Shown here in pieces: positions 53,646 through 62,314 of a stretch of 63,052 nucleotides of DNA. The stretch spans positions 1 through 63,052 of the forward strand of contig CAZRCV010000001.1 in the NCBI GenBank assembly GCA_964598745.1, read 5' to 3'. Source of the DNA: an uncultured Methanosarcinales archaeon. Its GTDB lineage: Archaea > Nanobdellota > Nanobdellia > Woesearchaeales > GW2011-AR9. A program made the translations under genes and the position numbers. Positions within the stretch are counted from its first letter, which is position 1, and each line of letters opens with the position of its first letter. The notes beneath the pieces were generated by a model. That model had not been told where the DNA came from, did not search any database, and was given only the letters and a program-made list of their open reading frames with translations.

Positions 53646-55712
53646 TTAGCCCTTCTTTTCCACCAACCGGGCCTGTTTAATTATTAATCTTCCGCTGTTA
53701 CGAGAATCCATCATTTTATCAGAAGCAGTAATTTCAATTCGCCTATTAAACAAAGGACCGTCTAATACTAGACTCTCATATTCCCCCCCTTCACCAGCCA
53801 TGTTGCTGTGAATCAAGGATTTAAGTTTTATTAACGATTCCGAATTAATTTCTCTACCCAACCATGTTTCATCCATGCCATCAGCAGCAATAGCCGTAAT
53901 AATAACTACAAATCCTGCCTTAATTACTTCCTGCAGGTGTGTTTCCTGTTGTTTATGCCATAAAGGAGCAAAAATTTTCAAGCCTAACTTGTCACAAATC
54001 TTTTCTATCCTGTCTCTTTGATAAGTGGAAAATAAGGCTCCTGAAACAATCCCCGTAAGAGCATATTGTCCTTTAGCTCTTTTAAGAGCTATTTCTAAGT
54101 CTATTAATTCTTCTTCTTTTTCGCCGTTGGTTTCTTGAACTAGCAAAGGAATCCCCATCGCCTCAGACTGCAATTGCACCAACTCTGTCCCTGCCTTCTG
54201 AAACATATAAGAGTGCTGATTTTTAGGTTTTAAAGTAATTAAACAAGCAATATCATAATTTTGTTTTTTCATGATATAAGCCGCAGATGTAGAATCCTTT
54301 CCAGAAGAAAATAAAACGCCTAATTTCTGGTTAGGCTTAGAATAAAAAGTTTTAAGGTACTGTGATTTTGAAGAAATTTTATGTTGTTTGGCTAATTTAC
54401 CCAAGGCCCAGTCAAATCTAGACCCATACTGGGCAGCTGTTTTTTTACGGAAGGCAACCTGCTCCGGCAAGCCTTTTTCTAAAGCTAGATGGCGAAGAAT
54501 GAGCTTAGTGACTGGTTCTTTTATTTTATAGCGGCCAGGAATTTTCAGAACATAACTTACCAACTCTTGGTCTAGATATGGAAGACGTAATTCTAATCCA
54601 TTTTCCATAGTTATCACGTCATCGCGGTAAAGGTCGCGTTCATATAATTTTAATAAACCAGAAAGACATTCCTGGTTAATGTTAGAAGATGATTTATGAC
54701 GATCATAACCAGCAAATATTTCTTCACTGCCTAATCCAGAAAAAATAACCTTGCATCCCGCATTCCCAGCAGCTTGGCAAGCTATAAAAAATGGCAAAGC
54801 CACACCAACTTTAACTACATTAGAATCTTCAATTAATGGCACAATTTGCTGTAAATAGAACGGAATTTCCTTAAGCTTTATTGCAACTATAACTAAATTT
54901 AACCCTAGCTTTTCCGCTGCTAACTTAGCTGCAATTAAATCTGGAGCTTGGGAGTTACCATCTTCTAAAATGGCAGTATAACAAGTGAAATCATAATTAT
55001 GGTCTTTAAAATATTTAGCTAAATAAGTCGAATCAACACCACCTGAAAACAGCAAGCCAAATTTATGGGCTGGCACTCTTTTTTGAATGGCTTTATCCAA
55101 CAAAAGAGAGGTATGCTGTTTAATCTGTAAGTAAGTTTCTTTATGCTCTGGCAGATAACTAAAAAATTCACGGTATTGGAATAACAAAGTATTTGTAGGC
55201 GGGATATAAGTAGCGATTTGCCGAGGATTAAGTTCTATAATGTCAGTATAACCTAACTGTTGTAAAACTTTGGCTTCAGAAGCAAAAGCAAAATTACCTT
55301 GGTTATGGCTATACCATAAGGGCTTTTCGCCAAGGATGTCCCTAACCAATATTAACCGTTGATTTTGATAATACGCCAGTGCAAATACCCCCTCCAGTTC
55401 ACCTATTTTCTGCAAACCAAAGCGATCCAGAAACCTTAACAACAATTCTGCGTCATTTCTGGCATTGAAACTATATTTTTTATCTAATTCTTGCCAATTA
55501 TAGATTTCACAATTAGTAGTTATGGCCCCGCCCTCCTGCAGCGGCTGCGGAACTTTGTTTACCACTGCATGCAAAGTATGGCCCATTACCGCCGTGGAAT
55601 TTAACTTTAAACAAGCTGAGCCATCTCTGCCCCTATTTTTAAGCAAAACCAAAGCTTGTTGTACCTGCTCCAAGGCTAGATGGTGATTAAATACTCCTAT
55701 TATGCCACACAT
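53646..55712 (-). CDS. Fusion protein: class II glutamine amidotransferase + asparagine-synthase-type PP-loop domain + Dph6/MJ0570-type diphthine-ammonia ligase domain
   Basis: MCGIIGV (Cys2 Ntn nucleophile). First PP-loop LLFSGGVDSTYLA. C-terminal ~220 aa has a second PP-loop VLFSSGKDSTSAAY, GIVSGALFSTYQRDRIEKICDKLGLKIFAPLW and GEGGEYESLVLDGP, typical of Dph6. Confidence 0.75.
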   Translation of the reverse strand: MCGIIGVFNHHLALEQVQQALVLLKNRGRDGSACLKLNSTAVMGHTLHAVVNKVPQPLQEGGAITTNCEIYNWQELDKKYSFNARNDAELLLRFLDRFGLQKIGELEGVFALAYYQNQRLILVRDILGEKPLWYSHNQGNFAFASEAKVLQQLGYTDIIELNPRQIATYIPPTNTLLFQYREFFSYLPEHKETYLQIKQHTSLLLDKAIQKRVPAHKFGLLFSGGVDSTYLAKYFKDHNYDFTCYTAILEDGNSQAPDLIAAKLAAEKLGLNLVIVAIKLKEIPFYLQQIVPLIEDSNVVKVGVALPFFIACQAAGNAGCKVIFSGLGSEEIFAGYDRHKSSSNINQECLSGLLKLYERDLYRDDVITMENGLELRLPYLDQELVSYVLKIPGRYKIKEPVTKLILRHLALEKGLPEQVAFRKKTAAQYGSRFDWALGKLAKQHKISSKSQYLKTFYSKPNQKLGVLFSSGKDSTSAAYIMKKQNYDIACLITLKPKNQHSYMFQKAGTELVQLQSEAMGIPLLVQETNGEKEEELIDLEIALKRAKGQYALTGIVSGALFSTYQRDRIEKICDKLGLKIFAPLWHKQQETHLQEVIKAGFVVIITAIAADGMDETWLGREINSESLIKLKSLIHSNMAGEGGEYESLVLDGPLFNRRIEITASDKMMDSRNSGRLIIKQARLVEKKG

Positions 55713-55767
55713 AAGTGACTAATTTACTAAGTTCTTTTAAAAGTTTAGCCTAAATTTTTAATAATAA

Positions 55768-56868
55768 TTATTTTAAATGAATTTCCAGAATGTCATTATC
55801 AGCCAAGGAATGGTCCAATCTTCTGAATTGTTGGCCGGGAAACTTAGCGCTCTTTCCCCAAAGCCTGGCAAACTTAAATCTAGACACAAAATCTTTATGC
55901 GTTTTTTCGCAAACATCTTTAATAGTAGACTTTTGTTTTAATATCATTGGTTCCTGCAAATCAGCCTCTTTCCTTGGTTCTTTTAGGTAAATTCTGATAA
56001 AATTTAACTTTTGAAAAATTAATTCTTTTAAATTATCAATATTAAGATTTAGTTCTGCAGAAACAGCAATATCAGCATTTAATTGTTTTTTTATTTCTGA
56101 AACTTGTGCTGCAGTAGCCAAGTCAGCTTTGCTAATACAGGTGATAGCAGGCAAATATTTTCTGTTGCTTTCAATGCAGTCAATGAAATCATCCACATCA
56201 ATCGGACTTCTGATTAATACTTCTGCATTCATAATTCTGAACTCACGCAAAATCTCTTTTATGGTGTTATCATCTAAATCGATAACTACCGTTTTGCCTA
56301 CTTGGATGCCGCCTGAACTTTTCCTCTTTATGAAAACTTCAGGTTTAGTTTTGTTTAACCTAATTCGCGATTCCCATACTTCTTTCAACATTGCTGGATA
56401 ATGCTCCGGGTGGTTAATATCAACAATAATCAACACCATATCAGCATTTTGAATTACCGCTAGAACCTCTTTTCCCCTGCCACGGCCGGAAGCAGCCCCG
56501 GAAACTATTCCAGGCACATCCAATATTTGAATCTTAGCTAGATTATAATTAAGCATGCCTGGAATTACCGTTAGCGTAGTAAAAGCATAGGCTGCAACTT
56601 CAGAGTTTGTTCCAGTAAGGGTGTTTAAAAGAGTTGATTTTCCGGAGGAAGGAAACCCAAGCAACAGCACTGTAGCATCGCCAGACTTGCGAACAGAATA
56701 ACCATGTTCAGATTTGCCTGTTTTTTGACTTGAACGCAACTCCTGTTTTTCCCTAAGCTGAGAAATTTTAGCTTTTACTATGCCAATATGCCCCTGTGTT
56801 GCCTTGTTATATTTGGTTTTTTTTAACTCTTCTTGTAATTCCTTAATTTTTTTAGTATAGTCAACCAT
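55768..56868 (-). CDS. DRG-family (Obg-like) GTPase with a C-terminal TGS domain
   Basis: G1 GFPSSGKSTLLN, G3 DVPG, G4 CISKADL. N-terminal helical KATQGHIG..KAKISQLR. C-terminal TGS-like ..DNDILEIHLK. Confidence 0.85.
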   Translation of the reverse strand: MVDYTKKIKELQEELKKTKYNKATQGHIGIVKAKISQLREKQELRSSQKTGKSEHGYSVRKSGDATVLLLGFPSSGKSTLLNTLTGTNSEVAAYAFTTLTVIPGMLNYNLAKIQILDVPGIVSGAASGRGRGKEVLAVIQNADMVLIIVDINHPEHYPAMLKEVWESRIRLNKTKPEVFIKRKSSGGIQVGKTVVIDLDDNTIKEILREFRIMNAEVLIRSPIDVDDFIDCIESNRKYLPAITCISKADLATAAQVSEIKKQLNADIAVSAELNLNIDNLKELIFQKLNFIRIYLKEPRKEADLQEPMILKQKSTIKDVCEKTHKDFVSRFKFARLWGKSAKFPGQQFRRLDHSLADNDILEIHLK

Positions 56869-56976
56869 GATTCCTCTGTTTAAGAAGAAAAGGTATTTTT
56901 AACCTTTTGGTATCAGATAAGTTACATCCATTTATATTCGATACGTTTATATATAATTATAACCGCAAGTCAGCTT

Positions 56977-57510
56977 GTGGTCGCTTGGTTATGGGGATTA
57001 ATACAAACTTATTTTTATAACCTAGCCGCAGGAATTGGATTTCTTTTAATTGGGTTGGCTTTGGGTATTCTCGTAAAAAAAATAACTTACAGAGTTTTAA
57101 AAGAAATTGAACTAAACAGAATTATGAGCAAGGTTGGTGTAAACTACAATTTGGATCATGGGATCAGCTCAATCCTTTCTTACTTGGTATATTTGATTGC
57201 CGTTACTTTTTTCTTAAGGCAGCTAAACATAACTTCGATTGTGTTATACTTGATCCTGGGGGCCTTGTTGATGTTACTAATTTTAACTGTAATCGTCGGC
57301 TTAAAAGATGTTATACCTAATTTCGTAGCATGGATACTAATACAGAAAAGAGGGAAAATTAAAGAAGGGTATCAAGTAAATGTAAGAGAAATTGAAGGAA
57401 AGATTGAAAAGATTGGATTTTTAGAAACAGAAATACAAACTGAAAAAGGAGACTTACTTTACGTGCCCAATACTCTGTTTTTAAAAAGTAAATTTTGGGT
57501 TAAAAACTAG
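56977..57510 (+). CDS. Small MscS-like mechanosensitive channel protein
   Basis: Three TM helices, then GYQVNVREIEGKIEKIGFLETEIQTEKGDLLYVPNTLF (MscS beta-domain motif). GTG start. Confidence 0.55.
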   Translation: MVAWLWGLIQTYFYNLAAGIGFLLIGLALGILVKKITYRVLKEIELNRIMSKVGVNYNLDHGISSILSYLVYLIAVTFFLRQLNITSIVLYLILGALLMLLILTVIVGLKDVIPNFVAWILIQKRGKIKEGYQVNVREIEGKIEKIGFLETEIQTEKGDLLYVPNTLFLKSKFWVKN

Positions 57511-57516
57511 TGTAAA

Positions 57517-57756
57517 CTATTTTAGGCTTTCTAACAAACTAATAACATCCCAAACTTGAGTCCGATAATATGATGACAGTTCTAAAGAACTTAGTTCTTC
57601 CAACTCTAGTAAGGCTTTATCAATAGCTAAATCTGGGCCTTGTTCTAATATCTTGATAGCCTGTTTGGCCTTCTCTTTAAACAATTTGCTTGTATCTGGA
57701 TCCTCTATCATAGCGTGAAGGTGACTTATTACTTCATAGTAAGGAGAGTTATTCAT
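57517..57756 (-). CDS. UPF0147-family small helical protein
   Basis: 79-aa helical-repeat protein (..MIEDPDTSKLFKEKAKQAIKIL..YYRTQVWDVISLLE) that overlaps the prefoldin beta stop. Matches the archaeal UPF0147 pattern by eye. Confidence 0.5.
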   Translation of the reverse strand: MNNSPYYEVISHLHAMIEDPDTSKLFKEKAKQAIKILEQGPDLAIDKALLELEELSSLELSSYYRTQVWDVISLLESLK

Positions 57757-58070
57757 TTTGTTTTAGTTTCCTTTAGCAGTTCATTCTGCAAGCTTTCGAT
57801 AACCTGGTTAAGATTTTCTTCTTGCCTAATAAAGTTTTTTAGACGAATTTGCAACAAGTTCTTTTTTTCAAGAAGCTCTACCTTTAATGCTTCAGGAGAA
57901 GCCAAAACCATAATTTTACCAATAATCTTAAAAGTTTTCTTAGCAACAGGGATATTTTCTAAAGCAGAGTCTAGTTCTGACAGCTGTGAATGTAATTGCT
58001 GTTTCTGTGCAACTACAGATTGCAAGTTCTGCTGAGTAAGTTGAAGCTGACTAACTTTTTCAGAGGGCAT
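57753..58070 (-). CDS. pfdB: Prefoldin beta subunit
   Basis: 105-aa coiled-coil/beta-hairpin/coiled-coil layout (QLQLTQQNLQSV..FKIIGKIMV..LKNFIRQEENL). Conserved neighbourhood with eL43 and rpoP. Confidence 0.75.
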   Translation of the reverse strand: MPSEKVSQLQLTQQNLQSVVAQKQQLHSQLSELDSALENIPVAKKTFKIIGKIMVLASPEALKVELLEKKNLLQIRLKNFIRQEENLNQVIESLQNELLKETKTK

Positions 58071-58084
58071 ATTTTCTTAAGCTG

Positions 58085-58219
58085 CTAACGAGCCTTTATT
58101 TTATTGGGGATTTTTCGATCCTTAAATAGAATTTTTCCACCGCAGTAAGGGCAACGAACTTTAGTTTTAACGTATTCTTCTTCCACTTTTTTACCACAAT
58201 CAAAGCAAATGTAATACAT
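58085..58219 (-). CDS. rpoP: DNA-directed RNA polymerase subunit P (Rpo12)
   Basis: Hand-translated 44-aa ORF missing from the track: MYYICFDCGKKVEEEYVKTKVRCPYCGGKILFKDRKIPNKIKAR. It has the CxxC..CxxC zinc ribbon and the typical position after eL43. Confidence 0.8.
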   Translation of the reverse strand: MYYICFDCGKKVEEEYVKTKVRCPYCGGKILFKDRKIPNKIKAR

Positions 58220-58224
58220 TTTTA

Positions 58225-58419
58225 TTATACCGGCATATAAGCCTTCCCTGTAAATTTCTTTTTTGTTTTAGTGCAATACCAGATGCCAGAAGCTAAACGC
58301 TTAACGGAGTTTTTATTACAAAACGGACTTTTGTGGGGTTTGCGCTGTTCTATTTCTATTTTGGCAAACTTAGCTTTTGGCTTTCTGCCATACCGAGCAC
58401 CGAATCGTTTTGTAGGCAT
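58225..58419 (-). CDS. rpl37ae: 50S ribosomal protein eL43 (L37Ae), zinc-free variant
   Basis: TKRFGARYG..IEIEQRK..VKRLASGIWYC..FTGKAY matches eL43. Only one Cys remains in each of the two usual CxxC knuckles. Confidence 0.8.
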   Translation of the reverse strand: MPTKRFGARYGRKPKAKFAKIEIEQRKPHKSPFCNKNSVKRLASGIWYCTKTKKKFTGKAYMPV

Positions 58420-58454
58420 AAATAAATTCCGTCTAAACTTTAATTTAAAGAGTA

Positions 58455-58608
58455 TGGGGCTGCCCGGATTTGAACCGGGGTTCAGTGGTTTTTTTGTTTT
58501 CGGTCATCGCCGAGGGCTCACCCAAACCACTAGTGATAAATTACTCGAAGCGGGAGTGCAGTTCACTTAAATCAGCATCCCGCCATCACCAAGCTACACT
58601 ACAGCCCC
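58455..58608 (-). tRNA. tRNA-Pro(UGG) with two predicted introns (~50 nt in the D-loop, 31 nt at 37/38)
   Basis: Hand-folded on the minus strand. Acceptor GGGGCTG/CAGCCCC plus A73. D-arm GTGT-AGCTTGGT[58587-58538]A-TCAC. Anticodon stem AGTGG/CCACT with loop TTTGGG[58520-58490]A. T-arm CCCGG-TTCAAAT-CCGGG. Mature length 73 nt. Confidence 0.7.
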
Positions 58609-58628
58609 AAAGACATTTATAAACTTAT

Positions 58629-58640
58629 CGAATATTTTTG
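58629..58640 (-). promoter_or_regulatory. A/T-rich TATA-like element upstream of tRNA-Pro
   Basis: Minus-strand CAAAAATATTCG centred about 27 nt upstream of tRNA position 1 (58608). A second TTTATAAA at 58617-58624 is too close to serve this start. Confidence 0.35.
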
Positions 58641-58745
58641 GATGTTTCACCAAATTTGTTGGCCCGTATTTGCATCTTAAGAGAACAGGATTTTAGCGAT
58701 TTAAAAGATTTGTGGTTTGAATATTAAGCTTGACAGTTAACTGCG

Positions 58746-59786
58746 TTAGAAGGATATATTTAACCACTCTCGACTAGCTTTAGTTAATATATATGGTTTT
58801 TCCCTAAACAAAACTGTGTCTTCAATTCTTAGCCCAAATTTACCGGCAAAGTAGACCCCCGGTTCAACAGTAAAAATTATGTTATTTCTTACGAGATATT
58901 TCTTGTTTGAAAATACGGGTGGTTCATGTACTTCTAAACCTATCCCGTGTCCTAGGGAGTGAATAAAACGATTGGAAAGCCTGCCTAGATTCTTTCTAGA
59001 AAACTGTTCTAATTCAAAAAATGATTTCCCTGGCTGTGTAAATGTAACTGTTTTCTGTTGAGAATTTAATAAGGAAAAGTAATATTCTCTTTCTGGTTTA
59101 GTTGGATGTCCTAAATACAATGTCCTAGTCATATCTGAACAATAATTTTTGAATTGTGCGCCAAAATCAACCACCAAAAATCCTTTCCTCAACTTGGAGG
59201 TGGAAGTAATGTGATGGGGAATAGCCGTATGCTTACCGCTAGCGACTATAGTAGGAAAAGCTAGCTGGCCTCCGCTGTTTTTGATCTCTGTTTCTAAAAC
59301 ATTAGCCGCATCTTGTTCAGTAAAAACTTTATGTTTAGACAGCTGATCCACTAACATATTAAATGCTTTATCAGTAATCTTACAAGCTTCACCCATTAAC
59401 CTTATTTCTGATGCCGTCTTGGTTAACCTTAATTCCTCTAGAAATTCAGAAACATCAACAATCGGAGAAGCAGGAAATTTTTTCTTAAGTTTTTCTAAAT
59501 AACTAATTGTTAAACAGCGGTAATTTATGCCGATCTTTCTCGCAGGCAACAGACAATTTTCCCAATCTTTATCCAAGAACGAGGTAGAAATTGATTTCAA
59601 TCTTTCCGGAGGCAAATCAAGAGGAGTGATTAGTAGGCGAGCTGTTCTTTGGTACACTAATAATAAAGCTTTAGAAAAACTGAGCTGAGTAAAGTAAGTT
59701 ACACTTTGGTCCGGTGTAGCCAAGAAAACTAAATCTATGTTTTGTTCAATCATTCTACTTTGAAACTCTTTTAATTTCATAATCAA
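58746..59786 (-). CDS. M24-family Xaa-Pro aminopeptidase/dipeptidase
   Basis: Pita-bread-fold metal ligands: VVDFGAQFKNYCSDMTRT, HSLGHGIGLEVHE, TVEPGVY, RIEDTV. Confidence 0.8.
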   Translation of the reverse strand: MIMKLKEFQSRMIEQNIDLVFLATPDQSVTYFTQLSFSKALLLVYQRTARLLITPLDLPPERLKSISTSFLDKDWENCLLPARKIGINYRCLTISYLEKLKKKFPASPIVDVSEFLEELRLTKTASEIRLMGEACKITDKAFNMLVDQLSKHKVFTEQDAANVLETEIKNSGGQLAFPTIVASGKHTAIPHHITSTSKLRKGFLVVDFGAQFKNYCSDMTRTLYLGHPTKPEREYYFSLLNSQQKTVTFTQPGKSFFELEQFSRKNLGRLSNRFIHSLGHGIGLEVHEPPVFSNKKYLVRNNIIFTVEPGVYFAGKFGLRIEDTVLFREKPYILTKASREWLNISF

Positions 59787-59934
59787 ACCAAGTACACCTA
59801 ATGCAAATTAATTAAAAAATGTTGCTATTTTAGGTTAATACCCTTATCATTTTAAGTTAATAGTGTGCTTAAGCAGATTTATGGTTCAATGCCTAAAACA
59901 TGCCTGATTCAAAAGGATTATAAATCATTAAAAA

Positions 59935-61149
59935 ATGCTTAACATCATGCAAAAGGTTAAATTGTCTAACGGATTAACAGCTATATATAAGGAAAAGAAA
60001 GGGAATTCTGTAGTAGTAGAGCTGTTGGTTAATGTAGGCAGTAATGATGAACACGAAGGAGAGCGTGGCATCTCTCATTTTTTAGAACACCTGTTGTTTG
60101 AAGGCACAGAAACAAGGCCCACCAACCAACTTATATCTAATGAGATAGAAAGTATCGGCGGAGATTTCAATGCTTACACTACCAATGAAAGAACTTGTTT
60201 TTATATCAAGGTTCTCAAAAGACATTTTTCCAAGGCAGTGGAAATATTAAGTGATATTATGTTAAATTCTCTTTTTAAGACGGAGCATATTGAAAGGGAA
60301 AAAAACGTAATCTTAAAGGAAATAGATATGATAAATGATGAACCAAGATTTTATCAATGGCTATTCCTGCAACAAAATTTATTCAAGAATCATCCCTGCC
60401 GCCACCCTACTTATGGAGATAAAAAACACATCAAGAATCTCACCAAAGAAAATATTTTTTCTTATTTCAAAAAACATTATATCCCCCAGAATATGACTAT
60501 CTCTGTTGTTGGTGAAGTTAATCGGTGGAAGGAAGAGATCTCAGAGAAGTTTGTATTAGAAAAGCTTCCTGTGCCCGGAAAAATAGTATTTAAAGAATCT
60601 CTTGACCAGCGAGAAACTACCGCCGTTGAAAAGAGGAAAATTGCCAATACCTACACCGTCCTGGGGTTCAAAACCGTTCCAAGATCGCATCCAGATTCCT
60701 ATGTTTTAGAAGTTATTAACGGCATTCTTGGACGAGGACAAAGTGGCAGAATGTTTGCTGAAATTCGCAGTAAACATGGATTGGCTTATGACGTGGGATC
60801 ACAAAATGTGGGAGAAGTAACTTTTGGGTACTTCGCAGTCTATGCCACTGTCGATAAAAAAAATGTAAAGTTAGTTAAGGCCCTAATTCAGAAGGAATTG
60901 GCAAAACTAAGTAAGGTAAACAAAAAAGACCTCCAAGAAGCTAAAGATTTCATTGAAGGTGATTACCTCCTAGAACTAGAGGATACACAAAAAGTAGCTG
61001 ACCAGATTTTGTTCTGGGAACAGGTGGGCCAAGCCAAACTGATGAATTCATTTATTTCACAAATTAAAAAAGTTACAACCAACGACTTGGCAAGGGTAGC
61101 CAAAAAATATTTTAAAAACGGCACCTTTATAGTAATAAAAGGAAAATAA
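59935..61149 (+). CDS. M16-family (pitrilysin-like) zinc peptidase
   Basis: Inverted zinc motif GISHFLEHLLFEGT (HxxEH). Downstream E in NAYTTNE. Typical ~400-aa two-lobe size. Confidence 0.85.
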   Translation: MLNIMQKVKLSNGLTAIYKEKKGNSVVVELLVNVGSNDEHEGERGISHFLEHLLFEGTETRPTNQLISNEIESIGGDFNAYTTNERTCFYIKVLKRHFSKAVEILSDIMLNSLFKTEHIEREKNVILKEIDMINDEPRFYQWLFLQQNLFKNHPCRHPTYGDKKHIKNLTKENIFSYFKKHYIPQNMTISVVGEVNRWKEEISEKFVLEKLPVPGKIVFKESLDQRETTAVEKRKIANTYTVLGFKTVPRSHPDSYVLEVINGILGRGQSGRMFAEIRSKHGLAYDVGSQNVGEVTFGYFAVYATVDKKNVKLVKALIQKELAKLSKVNKKDLQEAKDFIEGDYLLELEDTQKVADQILFWEQVGQAKLMNSFISQIKKVTTNDLARVAKKYFKNGTFIVIKGK

Positions 61150-61158
61150 AAATAAGAT

Positions 61159-62190
61159 CTAGTTATAACCAAGTTTAGCTATCTTTTCTAACTTACCTTT
61201 CTGTTTTTGGAATGGCTTTAACAGTTTATTTATCTCCTTAGCCACTGCCATTTTTAAATCTAAAGGATGAAGCTGTTTTTTTACAAAATCTTCTTCTATC
61301 TTTAAGTACGTTTTGTAAACAATATTGCCACCAAAATTTGCCGGCCTTTCGACTACCAATGGTTCGCCGAGATCTTCTTTTAGAACCATAATTACATATT
61401 TTAAAAAAGCTAAGACCCCGTTATCTTCGACAACTCCTTCCGGACAATGCGCCTTATGTAGTTTTTGTTTGACATCCTGCGGAGAATATAACAAATCTAT
61501 TTTTGAGGCTGGTTCCGAAGCAGACATCTTTTTACCTAACAATCCGGGTATCAAAGGAGTCATTACTTCGATTCTTCGTTTATAACCAAGTCTGCTTAAA
61601 TTCTCGCGGGCAAACATTAAGATTTTCCTCTGGTCTATTCCACCCCCCTGGATATCAACTTGTAGGTATTCCTCATCCAAAGCTTGCATTAGGGGGTACA
61701 TCAAACTGCTTAACTTAGGATTATCACTAGATTTAACTACTTCCGAACCTGCGTGACGAGCTTCATTAACAGAAGTATACGTAGACAACTTAAGAACATC
61801 AAACCAGTAATTCTTACTTAACTGGAAATCGGAACCTTTTACAATCTCAAATTCTGCTAAGTCTGAGTTAATCGCCTTAAACATCAGCAAGATAGTATTT
61901 TTATAATGCTGAAACCGATGCTCCAATACATCCCAAGGAGTTTTATCTAGTGCGCCGTGGATATCGGCCAGCAACAGCTTAACTTTGAACCCCGCCTTAA
62001 GAAAGTCAGCCAATTTTAATACTGGCACAAAATAACCTATGTGTGGCCGGCCAGTTATGGACCAGCCCCAGAAGACTGACGGCTTTTTTTTGTTTTTTAA
62101 CAAATTTTTAAGCTCTTCTTCCGTAACTATCTCCTGCGTATTACGCTTAATTAACTGAAACCGATATTCTAAATCCATGAAATCTAGCAA
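61159..62190 (-). CDS. tyrS: Tyrosyl-tRNA synthetase
   Basis: GRPHIGYFVPVLKLADFLKAGFKVKLLLADIHGALD (HIGH region typical of archaeal TyrRS) and KMSAS. Confidence 0.85.
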   Translation of the reverse strand: MLDFMDLEYRFQLIKRNTQEIVTEEELKNLLKNKKKPSVFWGWSITGRPHIGYFVPVLKLADFLKAGFKVKLLLADIHGALDKTPWDVLEHRFQHYKNTILLMFKAINSDLAEFEIVKGSDFQLSKNYWFDVLKLSTYTSVNEARHAGSEVVKSSDNPKLSSLMYPLMQALDEEYLQVDIQGGGIDQRKILMFARENLSRLGYKRRIEVMTPLIPGLLGKKMSASEPASKIDLLYSPQDVKQKLHKAHCPEGVVEDNGVLAFLKYVIMVLKEDLGEPLVVERPANFGGNIVYKTYLKIEEDFVKKQLHPLDLKMAVAKEINKLLKPFQKQKGKLEKIAKLGYN

Positions 62191-62314
62191 AACACTTTAA
62201 TTTTATATAGTTATGTATTTATAATTCGAATAAATAACCATAATATAAAATATTAAATTTAATAGCAAAATATAAATAATCTTATTTTGATGATTATTAA
62301 GGAAGGACTTTGTT

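Noticed and set aside
58271-58570. Plus-strand 99-aa ORF.
   Set aside because: It runs antisense through eL43 and across tRNA-Pro. Its translation has no recognisable features.
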